Shown: positions 24,775-37,666, counted from the first letter of the whole stretch. The stretch is DNA of 63,556 nt, filler included, from Octopus bimaculoides (GCF_001194135.2; 6 parts of 5 records of this genome joined end to end with filler, not necessarily neighbours in it); one strand, 5' to 3'. Notes: a model not told the origin generated them from the letters alone. Program-made: numbers and translations.

Positions 24775-24965
24775 TCCAAATTTTGGAAGAAGACTAGAAG
24801 ACACGGGGGAGGTACCAGTTGAATACTGGTGTCTAACTGATACTTATTTCACTGACCCCAAAAGGATGAAGAGCAAAGTCAACCTCAGCTGAATTTGAAC
24901 TTGGAATGTAAAGACAAAATGCTGCTTAGCATTTTGCTCAGTGTGCTAACAATTCTGCCAGCTGA
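24775..24965 (-). mobile_element. Meta/MESC-domain SINE
   Basis: Reverse complement of the body seen at 1800 and 21770 (gaccccaaaaggatgaagagcaaagtcaacctcagctgaatttgaac). Confidence 0.55.
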
Positions 24966-25139
24966 CCACCTTTAACTGATTTCTTTATTGACCACAAAGG
25001 GTTTACATTATGAAAGGCTCAGGACAAAACATTGTGTTTGTGTGTGTATTGTTGCTGTGAGGGTTTAACAGAAAAAAAGCAGCAGTAACAGTTTAACAAT
25101 GTGTAATCCTCAATAGGGAGATGTTCAAGGGCTGTTCAT

Positions 25140-26210
25140 GGGAAAACCCCATAAAACCATGGGTGCTCTGACTTCTGGGACAGGTGCATTTTCTCAGTTC
25201 CTTATCTTCTATTTACAGGTGCATTATGCTCAGGTCAGGCCCATTCACTCGCACCATGCTTGCCACTCTTTCAACAAAATGGCTGGAAGACAACACTTCC
25301 CTCCCCACTCTTATTTTTCTCTTTAAGTGAAACTTTAATGAGGGATTGGCTAAAGAGGAAAGTGTTTGTCTTCAACCCTTCCAATCTCATTCACCAGACA
25401 TAAAAACTGGCTGCCCTTCCCAGTTAAAAGATGGCAGCAGGGCAATCTTCACCATGGATTCAGTTAGAACCAAATCTGTCCCACATGCAACAGCAGGTAT
25501 TCCACATAAACCCAGAGATCAGCAAAGCTTTGGCACAGCATGAGTGTATGCAGGACAATTTCATCACCCCTGTGCACATCTTAGACATGCTTGGCTGATG
25601 GCATTTCCATGCCTGTAGAATTTACCACAAACAGGCAATGCTCCCCTAGTAGCACTGCCAGGCTAGAGATTTCTGGAAGTTACCCATCTTCCCTTGATTA
25701 AAAGAATATAAATTAAAGCGGATGTAAAATGATGATGACAAATTGTATGAGGAAGAGATTATTTTGGTGAAGTTCATAGTAATGATGGAGGGTGTTATGC
25801 TTTCTCCACTGTGGGACAGAAAGCTTTGAGATGGTTTGAATTCCCATACATGAAACATTTAGGTTTTCTGCCTTGTTAACACTTGGCATCAGCTCATTCC
25901 CCAAAACAAAAATTTGGGCATGCAAGTGACTTCTTCTGGAGCAACCAGTACCTAGAATTCCATAAGAATCCCAGTCCTGTTGAGATGGTGAGTAGAGTTC
26001 ACTTCCACAATATCCTCCATACTCTTCAGAATGGCTAAAACTTGCTGGATCTTGACTCCAATTTTAGTCAACCTCTTACATTATATTGATAATGGAGAAT
26101 CATTATAAAGGTCTCTTTCTGGTTTCATGCTTGCAGATGCACATGACATCTGCTGATCCATACAGTTTCCTTCTATATAAGTGTATCAGTAAGGGCAACA
26201 CATCTTGAAG
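25140..26210 (-). mobile_element. Tx1/L1-clade LINE 3' fragment (decayed)
   Basis: The minus strand gives NFQKSLAWQCY followed by Cys/His-rich C-terminal remnants, homologous to 33000-33600 (DNFQKFLAWQCYKVALPV). Confidence 0.65.
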
Positions 26211-27029
26211 GCATTTTTCATTTTCTTCCAGAATAGGAAATTTAAGTCTCATCTCCTTGTAAGATATGCACTTATAGATAATTGTTTGTTATTCAGAGCT
26301 CATTTTTTACCTCTTCACTAAACTATATAACTCCTGGCTTCACAATATCATTTTTGCACTGGGTCTTACCTCTCAGATCTTCCACGGAATGCACTCTCCA
26401 CTGGTTTACTGCCCTTGAAAAGGACAGAGTTGTTGTAGTGGGTTTTTTTTTTTTTAATGTTGTTACTATTGCCTTGCATACCGTTTTTGTTATTACTAGT
26501 GATTGATGTTGAATTCATTCTTGATGTTGCTGCTCTTATTGTTGTTTCTACTTCTGCTGCTGTTATTATTATCATTATTGTTGTTGTTGTTATTGTCACT
26601 GTTGTTGCTGCTGGTATTTTTGAAGGTGTTGTTGTCACCACAGAATTAAGATGAAATTCTATTATTTATACTCAAAAGATTCATTTCTGCTCTAATTTCC
26701 CTGCCATTGACATTATGTTCAGTTGTCATGGCTACACTGGCATACAAAACTGAGCTGACAGAACATTGTTCACCATTGGTTATTATTATTTTGACATGCT
26801 CCGATATTTTTCTTTTAAATTGGAAAAATTTCTCAATCTTTGTTTTCATAAGAAATGCAAAATGAATATCACTGAGTAACATCCTCAAAAAGGGTGTAAT
26901 TGAACAGAAATGTTACCATTGTGATCCAAATAAGGTCAACAAAAATGTTATCATAAAATGAATGATTGAATGGGCTTTACTCAGTCAAAACAATTTATAA
27001 AACTTTCAAATATTATGGAGCTCCAAGTT

Positions 27030-27200
27030 TCTGTGACTTGGTACAAAGCCTGAAATTTTGGAGGTGGGGGCTTGTCGATTACATTGACCCCAGTGCTCAA
27101 TTGGTACTTATTTTATTGACCCCAGTGGAATTTGAACTCAGAATATAAAGGCAAATGAAATGCCACTAAGCATTTTGACCAGTAGGTATCAATTATGTCA
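27030..27200 (-). mobile_element. Meta/MESC-domain SINE
   Basis: ttggtacaaagcctgaaattttggaggtgggggcttgtcgattacattgaccccagtgctcaattggtacttattttattgaccc. Confidence 0.6.
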
Positions 27201-28470
27201 GTTTGGCGCTGAATAATAATTCAGGCACAAGGACATAAATCCTAAGGAAAGGCCCAGGGGGATTTGAACTCAGAATGGAAAATGAACTTAACTGGTGCAG
27301 AAATATATATGCAGTTAAGAATTAGTTTCGTAACCATGCAAGATCAATCCAATTTCATGGCACCTAAGACAAACCTCTACTATAGCCCTGGGCAGACATA
27401 TCTTACAGTAGAATTTGTTAAAGAAACTATTCTGAAGTCCATCATATATAGACAGGTGTGTGTGTGTGTGTGTGCATGTTCTAGTCAAAAACTACTGGTA
27501 TATAAATTATGTCCCTTTATATTCAATAACTTATTAATTTCAACAAAGATCAACAGAAAATATATATCAGAAAGTAATAAGAAGTACTGGGATAAGTCTA
27601 GCTAACTAAAATCTTTGACAGTTAGTCCAATGAGTGAAACCAGTTAACTGTAGCCACCAAATTCTACTAGTAGCTGTTATCCACTATCTTTATTTCATCA
27701 CCGTCACAATAAATGTTACAATGATGATGATGACTGGAAAGATCAATCAACATGAATTTATTCTTTAACAATTGAAGAGAATGATGCAGGAAATGTATAT
27801 CTTATTATACAGCAAGTAAAAGTGTTCTGTTGGCTACACTATATTTTTCTAAATGTGAACACAAAATTAACGTGATTAATGTGGCAGGTGACTGATGTTA
27901 TTTCTAATATTTTATGGCACTTGGTGAAGTAATGTTAGTTTTTATGTTGTTTCCAAGGGCTACCCCTTAGAATAACCCTTCTTGACAATATGTTCTGCAA
28001 AAAAAATAATAAATAAATAAAAGTAATCCAAACTAAATTAATAGTGATATATTTTAGTTGAAATTGGATGCTGTTGTTTGTGTAACTACTTCTCATCTTG
28101 ATCTAACAACTCTAAGGTACCCAGAGAATCAGACAACCATATGTCACAGATCTAGATATATCATGCCCTGGTCAAATGGACTGATATGAAACCTAGGTTT
28201 CTTCTCTCTGTTTTTTCATGGTATGCAGTTTGAAGAAAGGTACAACTGTTCTTTGTCAGTGGATAGAAGCATAATAATCAGGAGATTAAAATGCTAGACT
28301 ACTGATCACATCAAACTTTACATTGTACTGCATGTTTGAATAAGGAGCATAATTTTAGACTGCTCCAGTTTCTCTGATATAAAACAAGTTCTACTTCATT
28401 TTGTGTAGTTAGAAAAATTCAACTATAAAAACAATTCCTCCAACATTATCCCACCCACATTAAAATGAAG

Positions 28471-28758
28471 GGCGATCTTTCGATACTAATCCTCTTTTTT
28501 GCTTCAGCGTTTGTTTACATCAATTCGGCTTTTTCCGTAAGGAAAGAGGGAAAGGACGTTAGTCAGCGACAGCTCTGATCTGTTAGGCAGCAGACAGCAG
28601 GAACCCCCTCCCTTAAGAACACATGCCAGTTATCTCTCTTTCCCCCTATCTCTCGCTTTCTCTCTGTCTCTCTATCTATCTCTTTCACACTCCCTTAAAA
28701 ACACGTCATTTATCTCTCGCTTTCTCTCTCTCTCCATCTATCTCCCAGCATACACCTC

Positions 28759-28789
<31 letters not shown>

Positions 28790-29040
28790 GTGACATGTGT
28801 TTTTAAGGGAGTGTGAAAGATATATAGAGAGAAAGCGAGAGATAACTGGCATGTGTTCTTAAGAGAGAGGGAAGAGAGATAACTGGCATGTGTTCTTAAG
28901 GAAGGGGTCCCTGCTGTCTGCTACCTAACAGATCAGAGCTGTCGCTGACTAACGTCCTTTCCTTACGGAAAATGCCGAATTGATGTAAACAAAGCCATCT
29001 GCTCAATTGACACTCAGAGAATTAGTATCGAAAGATAGCC
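28471..29040. mobile_element. Foldback element with internally repetitive long TIRs
   Basis: Termini ggcgatctttcgatactaat and attagtatcgaaagatagcc; a 48-bp block inverted with one mismatch; modular sub-repeat gagataactggcatgtgttcttaag. Confidence 0.8.
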
Positions 29041-29044
29041 AATC

Positions 29045-29373
29045 CTTCGAATTCTGACTCACTGCTTGACAGAATAAAATTCGTGTCCATTATTTTGTCA
29101 GGATTACAAATTTTGAAAACACAACAGCAACAAATTTGGAAAAAAATCTCCCAAAATTCACAAAATTAAAAAAACACGTCGATCGTCGTACAAAATTATA
29201 GCTGAACTGTTTACACAAATAATCACGTGTTTTCACGAATGTACTAACGAGATTTTCTCGGATATTCTCATTTAAATATGAATAGGTGATTACGGGCGGT
29301 TTTGGACGGCTTGGTCACATGAATCAAAATTCTTTTCGGGCGGCTTTGGGCGGTTTGGTAACGAAAGGGTTAA
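29045..29373. mobile_element. Possible piggyBac-like right end
   Basis: Repeated gggcggt/gggcggc motifs ending in ...aacgaaaggg|TTAA; I found no matching left end. Confidence 0.3.
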
Positions 29374-30091
29374 GTAAAAGTAAACAAGATGCCAGCATAA
29401 CCTGTTTCTCCCCAACCTTACTATGTTGATGATCCTGCCTTCACAGTTCATCAACTGTGCAGTGCACAAGATTTGTTAGCATCCGCTGAGAATGCTGCAG
29501 CACGTCAGTCTGTTTATCATTGCAAAGAAGACTATATACATGACCATCAATTAAGATGAAAGCTATCTGTTAATCTGTTCTAATGATGGCACACAACTCA
29601 TGTGGTTAGTAACTTCAAATACCTTGAGTTGTATATTGTTGACAGTAAGAAAGACTTTTTTACACAGAAGGGACTAGTCTAGAGTGTCTGTAACAAACTT
29701 CAAAACATTTATCAATCAATTATTTCAAAGTCAACAGTACTGGCCTTCTTCACATATACATAGAGAGCATTCTGAGGAGCTAAAACCTGTACCATAAAAG
29801 TGCTTCAAGATTACCTTGCTAGTACATACACAAGGCTTCTCATGAAGGCTCAAAACATCTTCTGGCACAAGACCACAGAGGAATAATAATAATTTTTTCT
29901 ACAATAGATACAAGGCCTGAAATTTTGAGGAAGGGTGAGAGTCAATTACAGACACTAGTGTTTTCACTTTATAACATTATCAGGTATTTATAAAAGGTTA
30001 GTTTAATACATGACATAAATTTTAAAATTCGAATAAAAGTAATTGAGCAACTATATATTTTAAATACAAGGCTATAATTTAAATGAGAAAT

Positions 30092-31453
30092 TTATTGAAG
30101 GTCGTATGAAATTTCCTTCAAATATTCTGTGGGAGATTGTTCTGAAAAAGATGAAACAATATGCAGAATTCTATCATCTATCTTCATATACTTCTTCAGT
30201 TTAGGAGGATGATGACCTCCAATCAGTTGCTCAAAAAATGCATCTGTTTCTTTGCACCTTATGTAGCCCATTTATGAATCTCCATATTGTGGGGGGCTCC
30301 ATTCCCAGCTCTATTTGGATTCTTCTATTTGCTGCTTCAGCATGGTTATTTGTCCAGTCTTCCCTGAGCAATGTCCTCTCGTAAACATTCCACATTTCAT
30401 GGAGGAAGAGTGAAGGTCTTCTACTATTTCCATGTCGATTTGGTCTTCCAATATAGGTATCTTCAAACCAATTCAGCAGTGCTGCAAGTTCTTCAGGTAT
30501 ATCCGCAAAGAGGGCTTCAATATACATATCAGTATGTGGAACAGGAACAAATGCTAAACTTAATATCATTTTGGCTTTTAGTGTAAAGGTAGCATCGTTG
30601 TTGTACATAGAAGTGTAACCCATGACAGCTATCTTTTTGTGCATATTTTGTGCTAAATGGAAAAAATATCCTTTTATTTCAAATTCTGAAAAAGCTTCCT
30701 TCATGGCTTTAAAGGCTGCATGTTCGAAGTCGCAAATAATAGATGTTGGGTTTAGTGTTGGCTCAGCATCTTTGAGCATTTCAAACATCTTTGCATAAGT
30801 TAATCACTGCTTGTTTGGCAAAAGAGCATAGGCAACCGGAACACCATTAAATTTCTTTGCAAGAATGTATGTAAACTTGTGAAAATAATCTTGGTGCTAT
30901 TTTAAAAGTTCCATCAGCATACCAAGTATCAGATGAACATAAATGCTGCAGCCAACTTTCTCTCCTGAAAAGCAAAATTCTATATAGTCTTGGGCCACTA
31001 TTGCTGATCAGGAAATTTTCTTCTCTTCTTTCTTCAGAAATGTAAATTTTGCACTGGTGTGGCAACTCTAAGTTTTGAAGATCTACAGGACACTGAGGTG
31101 GGGCATTTAAGGCTCTCCTTTTGTGTTTTATAGTTTTCTTCATGGCTGAAGCATCTGGCAATGATCCAAGTGTAACCTGGGATGCATTTGTTAATACTTC
31201 ACTTGGCTTTTCAATAGTGTCCTTGGCATCACTTTAGCCACTTTTATATTAACTGCAGACGAATTATGGGGATGCGCGTTTCCTTCTTTGATAACTGCAC
31301 CAAACTTCATATGAATCCTTGCATTGCACCTAGAACTTTGATCACAACACCAAAATTTTATATTGTTGTCACTCTTACTAAACTTATGAAATACAAATAA
31401 ATGTCCTTCATAAGTAATTTTTTTTCTTGTCCTCTTTGGCTAAGAATTTCCAT
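30092..31453 (-). mobile_element. Mutator-like (MULE) transposase with a FLYWCH-like N-terminus, frameshifted
   Basis: MEILSQRG...YEGHLFVFHK...FWCC..CNARIH; WYADGTFKIAPRLFSQVYIH; IICDFEHAAFKAM...GYFFHLAQ; TNNHAEAANR. Confidence 0.9.
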
Positions 31454-31704
31454 TTTGGGTGTAATCCAACTTTCAAAATTTCTACGTCTTAATGTCAATC
31501 TCAAGAGCTGTGACTGCCAATATCGGTAGAAAAATATGAATTCTTAGTATTCCTTCTTTGAATGGTTTAGAGTAATCTAAATACCTTCAACACAAGCTAA
31601 ATAGGCCGTTATGACCAATAAATTACTGCAACAAATTGCTAAATTGAAAAAGCCTGGGCCGATTGTGAAGCAAACAGCCCACTGTTCCGGAACACATGTA
31701 TATA

Positions 31705-32429
31705 TATACTCTTTTACTTGTTTCAGTCATTTGACTGTGGCCATGCTGGAGCACCGCCTTTAGTCGAGAAAATCAACCCCAGGACTTATTCTTTGTAAGC
31801 CTAGTACTTATTCTATCGGTTTTTTTTTATGCCAAACCGCTAAGTTACGGGGACGTAAACACACCAGCAGCGGTTGTCAAGCGATGGTGGGGGGGGGGAC
31901 AAACACAGACACACAAACACACATATATATATATATATATATGTGTGTTTGTGTGTCTGTGTTTGTCCCCCCCCCCACCATCGCTTGACAACCGCTGCTG
32001 GTGTGTTTACGTCCCCGTAACTTAGCGGTTTGGCATAAAAAAAAACCGATAGAATAAGTACTAGGCTTACAAAGAATNNNNNNNNNNNNNNNNNNNNNNN
32101 NNNNNNNNNNNNNNNNNNNNNNNNNNNNNNNNNNNNNNNNNNNNNNNNNNNNNNNNNNNNNNNNNNNNNNNNNNNNNNNNNNNNNNNNNNNNNNNNNNNN
32201 NNNNNNNNNNNNNNNNNNNNNNNNNNNNNNNNNNNNNNNNTTTTCTACCGATATTGGCAGTCACTACGACGGGCTTCTTTCAGTTTCCGTCTACCAAATC
32301 CACTCACAAGGCTTTGGTCAGCCCGAGGCTATAGTAGAAGACACTTGCCCAAGGTGCCACGCAGTGAGACTGAACCCGGAACCATGTGGTTGGTAAGCAA
32401 GTTACTTACCACACAGCCACTCCTGCGCC
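31705..32429 (-). mobile_element. tRNA-head SINE with a central microsatellite, interrupted by an inverted duplication
   Basis: Tail ctcttttacttgtttcagtcatttgactg... and head ...gaaccatgtggttggtaagcaagttacttaccacacagccactcctgcgcc. The same family occurs at 40103-40511, 58680-58950 and 60510-60985. Confidence 0.8.
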
Positions 32430-32649
32430 TATAATTATATCCTTTATAAATTACTTTTATTCGAACTTTAAAAGTTCTGCTTTTTTTTTATTCAAGCCAT
32501 GTATTAATCTTTTTATAAATTTCTGGTAATGTTATAAAACGAATAAAGTTATAAAATGAATAAATTATTTATTAATCAATTTTCCTGCTGTTGAGTTGTC
32601 CTGTCACTGAGTTGACAGTGTTGAGTTGTCCCTATTTGAAATGAGACAC

Positions 32650-34525
32650 TACCACATTAAAGGATATATAAATAAAAATTGAAGAAATAAATAATTAGAA
32701 TCCCCAAAAGCAGGGAAGTCCACTTCAGGTAATTTGGGGGTAAACCCCATGCAAAAATTCCAGATTATTCTGCCATTCCCAAAGCATGGGTAAGTGCCCT
32801 TTCCAGTTTCTTTCTTTCTGCAAAGAAAAGAGTACTCAGAGTTGATCCATTCAGTCTCACCCATTTTGCCACTTTTGTCCACCTTTTCATAAATACACTA
32901 GAAGGCAGCACCTCCCCTACCCTCACCTTCCTCAACAAATGATATCTGAAGAAATTGTTGAAAGCTTGGTCAGGCAGAAATGTGCCTATCTTCAAACCTT
33001 TAAGACAGGTCCATTACAAAGCATCTTTTGCCACAGCCACTAAGCAGAAAAAGATCTACCTTCCTTTTCTGTTAAAGGAAGGTGGTGCAACAATCATCAC
33101 TATACCCTTGGCAGACAGCTGGATTCATCTTATACAAGACAGCAACTGCTCCATGCAAACCCACAACTCTCTAATGCACAGACACTGAATAATTGCATGC
33201 AGGATAGTTTTGTTCCCCTGCATGCATCTCAGGGAGGTTCAGCTATTGGCACTCCCATGCTTGAAGAGCTTGTCTGAAACAGGCAATGCTACCTTGTAAC
33301 ACTGCCATGCCAAAAACTTTTGGAAATTGTCCATCATCTTTGACTCAAAAGTTCTCTGGAAAAGACTACTCAGACTGTTCTTGTCGATGCCCAGAGTCAA
33401 TCCTAGGCCATTGTCACTCATACCCTCAACAGAAATCTTGTGTTGTTTTCCTGCTAATGGTTTTGTCCAGCTAGTACAATGCAGTGTCAACATTCTAAAT
33501 GCCAGATGGTACAATAAACCTGGCAACATGCCAAATGCCCAATCTTGTTCTATGTTTAGATGAGCTGCAGAAAGATGTGTCACATAACAGATGCACACAC
33601 TAGTTCATCCTTATTTTCATTGCCATCATTCACACCATTGCAGTGATTTAGATATTTCTGCACATGTGTCAGCCTCAATGCATGGCACTGCATCATCAAA
33701 GATGGCACCCAAGACTACCATGAAGTGGGTGTAGACAAGCAGATAGCTTTTCTGACCAGCAGAACCTGACCCTTCCATAAAAATTGAAAAAGCAAGTGCT
33801 CTAATTTGGTCAGAGATTTCTTGGGACAAGGTAGAATGGCTAGGCAGCAGTACACTACTGAGGTGATATATGCATTCGCTACTTCTGCTCGGCCTTTCAG
33901 AGACAACGTCCTTTTAGCCCATTTCTAGGGGAGCTTGGCCACCCCAACCATGACCTTTTCCCAGTTCCTATCTACTTGGAGATCTGGTCAGAAGCAGAAT
34001 CTGAGCACTTTCACCGGACCCTCCATCCAGCAACCAAAATTATCACTAGTCAACATGGACTTGCCTCTCCAAGAGCCTAGGTGCAAACTTACTGATTTGT
34101 CCTGGTTTATGAGTGCTCCTGTACATGCTTGATATTCTTTCAGTATAGTGACTCATTTTTATGTCTGAAGAGTTTGACAATATAACAGTAATGTCATCCA
34201 CGTATGCAGACACAGCTCTCCTGAGGCCTAGTTTAAGTGGGATATCTCTCAAATTCTCCAGCCTTTGCAGCAAAAGATTCTAATGCCAGAATATATAAAA
34301 GCAGGGTGTGGGGCATCCTTAGCAAACTGAGTGTTCAATATTGGAAGGTTCCAATATGTGGCAATTTAATTTGACAACCAAGCAGATACCACTATACATT
34401 GTGGTGATCTGGCCTCTGAAGATGGAATCAAAATTGACAGCTTTTAGGACAGACACCAGATAGCAATGGTCCACCCAGTTAAAAGCTTTGGACTGATCCA
34501 AATTCACCAATGCCCCTCCAAAGCC
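32650..34525 (-). mobile_element. Tx1/L1-clade LINE (RT domain to 3' end, decayed)
   Basis: LDQSKAFNWVDHCYL, SAYVDDITV, SLKGRAEVANAYITS, DNFQKFLAWQCY. Confidence 0.8.
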
Positions 34526-34899
34526 TCTACAGGTAATACAGTAGAAATTTGCCTGAAACTACCAAACGTTGAATAAAAATTTCAAACTGAAGAAAATACC
34601 ACACATTTTGGATGTAGGATGTAGTTAATTAAATCAACGCCAGATCATTACTAGTGTATTTTACAGATGTAGAAAGACTGTTGACCTTGGTAGGCATTGA
34701 ACTTAGAGTATATCTAAATACCACTACTCATTTTGTTCATTGCTGTTCTACTTATTGTTTTATATGCTGTCAATATTGACAGAATATTCAGTGTTTGTTT
34801 TATCAGTGCTTTGGATGTGAGGAGGAGAAAAAGTAAAGTTCACTCTAGTAAGACTGTATCAAGAAACTAAATAATAAGTCCTTAAATTGGTACATTTGG

Positions 34900-35060
34900 A
34901 GTAAGAGGAATCAGATGTGTTGAAGAAAGAAGATTGTGCTGGTATGGACACGTGATGCGTGTAGTTAAGGACAGTTGTATAAAGAAGTGTCATTCGCTTA
35001 ACACAGTGAAACCTGCAGAAGACATGGAAGGAAGTGATGAAAGCTAACTTCAGGATACTA
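34900..35060 (+). mobile_element. RTE LINE 3' fragment
   Basis: IRCVEERRLCWYGHVMRV.KDSCIKKC. Confidence 0.65.
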
Positions 35061-35639
35061 AGCCTGACAGGTGAGAGGTCAAAGGACCAGGATCTTTTGT
35101 CATATAAGGTTCTCAAAAAGATGTGCCCTCCTCAGCAAAACCAAATTCTGAAAGCTTTATGTTTTGTGTTCTACATCTGTTACAGTAACTCTCCTCCCCA
35201 CTATCATGCCTCTTCTCACTCCCACCAGTTTCACAGATTACAATTACCCCACCATATACTTCTTGGCTTCTATCCACCAGCCCCTGCAACTGTACCTTCT
35301 TTACTACTCCTGCTGGTTACCACCTACCATTCTTTTGCATCCCTTTATCTTCCCCAGCTCATAGTTCCTGTCTCAACCACCCTTCAACCCCGTTTACTTT
35401 GACAGTTTGCATCCCCATTTCTAACTCATCTTTCCATACAATCTTGCAAATCAACCACCCATTTCTACTCAGCTTGTGCCTGGTGGGACCTTATCACCAT
35501 AATTTCCTCTCTCACGCCACCTCTTTTTCCCCTACTAGATGTGAGTAGTCATGCACTTCTCATAGTAATCCCTTCATCCCATAACATGAAGCTGCTCCTC
35601 TCCCCAAGGTACATAGTTTTGCAAACTGCATGGCAAACT

Positions 35640-35820
35640 CAATAGTGCAGGTAGCACGAAAAAACACCCACTCCACATTCTAAAGTGGTTGGTATTAGGA
35701 AGGGCATCCAGCTGTAAAAACCATGCCAAAGCAGACATGAGTTCGATGAAGTCTTTGGATTCCTGTCAAACCGTCCAACTCATGCCAGCATGGTACATAG
35801 ATGTTAAATAATAATGATGA
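35640..35820 (+). mobile_element. SINE with RTE-type tail
   Basis: gtggttggtattaggaagggcatccagctgtaaaaacc...ccgtccaactcatgccagcatgg...gttaaataataatgatga. Confidence 0.6.
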
Positions 35821-37244
35821 AGAGGTGGAAGTATAGCCAAACTGACACCAGTACTTCATTGTAAATTACCTTATCAATGCCAAATTTTAGGTTATCTCAA
35901 ATATTTTTTGAGGGGAACACAAAAGTCATGTATAACTTTTTTAACCGTTTCAGTCGGGGCACAGCCTTGAATGGTTTAGTCGAACAAATCAAATCCTGTA
36001 CTAATGGTGGTAGGGACAAACACACATATCCCTTGCCCATATTTCATTCTTGCAACCTCTGAAGCATGACGCAAATCCTCTGACACTATGGATTCTGTTG
36101 AACCGCCCAACGTCCAAACTTAAAGATGATGATGTTATATGTCTATACAACAAGCTTCCACTCAATTTCCATTTATCAAATTCAAACACTGACAGCTTAG
36201 TTTTGAAAATTGGATTCTTTTTCACTGAATCGTACTCAGTTTTTATAACATTCACAAATGAAACGAAAGGGAATTTTTTGTATCAACCTTGAATGGACGG
36301 ATGACCAAGTTAACTCAAGGGTGAAATTTGTAAACAATGTAAGCTATTTCAATCTGCATCATCTCTGTCGATTTGCCGCATACATAAATAAAGTGTCATT
36401 AGATATTTTTAATAAATTAGTTGTTACAGTTGAGATTGTCACTAGTCGCAGTTAGTAGTAAAGGATCAGATTTGATCTTGTGAAAATAACGCTATAAAGA
36501 TACCAGTGATTTTGGTATGGTGGTTATATAGTAGGTGAATATGACTTTACAACAAGAATTAAAAAATAAACGATATAATGAATTAGAATAGACCTAAGAC
36601 ATCTTAAACAGATCGCTGTCTTTCAAGAAATAGTTGCTAAATCTCATTTAAATCATTTCTTGCCGTCTTGAAAAAAAAAAAAAAAAAAAAAAAAGAAACA
36701 CTGATCAAAGTAGTCTCTGATACATAAAAAGAAGAGAATTGGTAACGGGAAGATGTTCATCATAATTTAGCTCTAAGAGGGGTAAAACGGATTCATCTTA
36801 TCACCTGTTTAGGTAATTCATTGAAGAAAAAGAAAAAAAAAGTGTAATTGTAACAAGACATTTAAGCTGATAATATTCAAAGAATGAAATATTAAAATGA
36901 CTGGACAGCAAGATTCTATTCAGGTGTGGGTGCGCGCGAGCACATATATCAGTTACAGGATTGTAAGGGACTTCAAATATATTAGATAATACAGTTTATA
37001 AATACACAAGTGTGTGTGTGTGTATGCATATATATTCCATTAAGGTGTAAAAGATAAACATGGTTGATAAAAGAGAGAGACGGAGTAAAAACCGGTGCAA
37101 TGCGAGGAGAAAAGAAAGTGTAAAGAGATAAATATACAAGACAAAAACTTTTTTTTTAAATAGCTTAGAAAGGTAAACAGGACAATGATGAAACTGCACA
37201 TCCAAAATAAAAAGAAGAGAGCGATGAATGTGCTTCTTATTTAC

Positions 37245-37292
37245 CAGATCGTATTCTTCATCGTCATCGCACATAAAGTCCGAGTCCGACAT
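37245..37292 (-). CDS. COPS2: COP9 signalosome subunit 2-like, first coding exon only
   Basis: ATG at 37292 encodes MSDSDFMCDDDEEYDL followed by a GTAAAT donor. This matches the CSN2/Alien N-terminus (human MSDMEDDFMCDDEEDYDL) and, as I recall, its first-intron position. No downstream exons were found. Confidence 0.72.
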
Positions 37293-37521
37293 TTTGTCCC
37301 GATGCTTTCTGCAGAGAACACCACACAATCTAATTACGTCATCGATTTCTGTGAACGCATGTAGAAAATGTTTATGTCAAGAATTGTTTTGTCATGAGTT
37401 TATGTATGTCGATATATGTGACGTAGTTGTGTATCACAACCAGGCACATTGGTTCTGATTGTAGCAATATAATGTCTCCAGAAGAAGACGAAGCAGCTGA
37501 GATATAGGAACATATATATTT

Positions 37522-37558
<37 letters not shown>

Positions 37559-37666
37559 CACAATATATATAAGATACACATCGACAACGGTTTTCTCTGG
37601 AACAATTTACATTATCGTTTTTTTTTTTGGCGTGTTCAATCATTTGTCAACTTAAATGTTTTCTAG

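Noticed and set aside
36001-36292. Overlapping 80-84 aa ORFs in the putative COPS2 intron
   Set aside because: No recognisable domain, no CSN2 similarity and no convincing splice sites.
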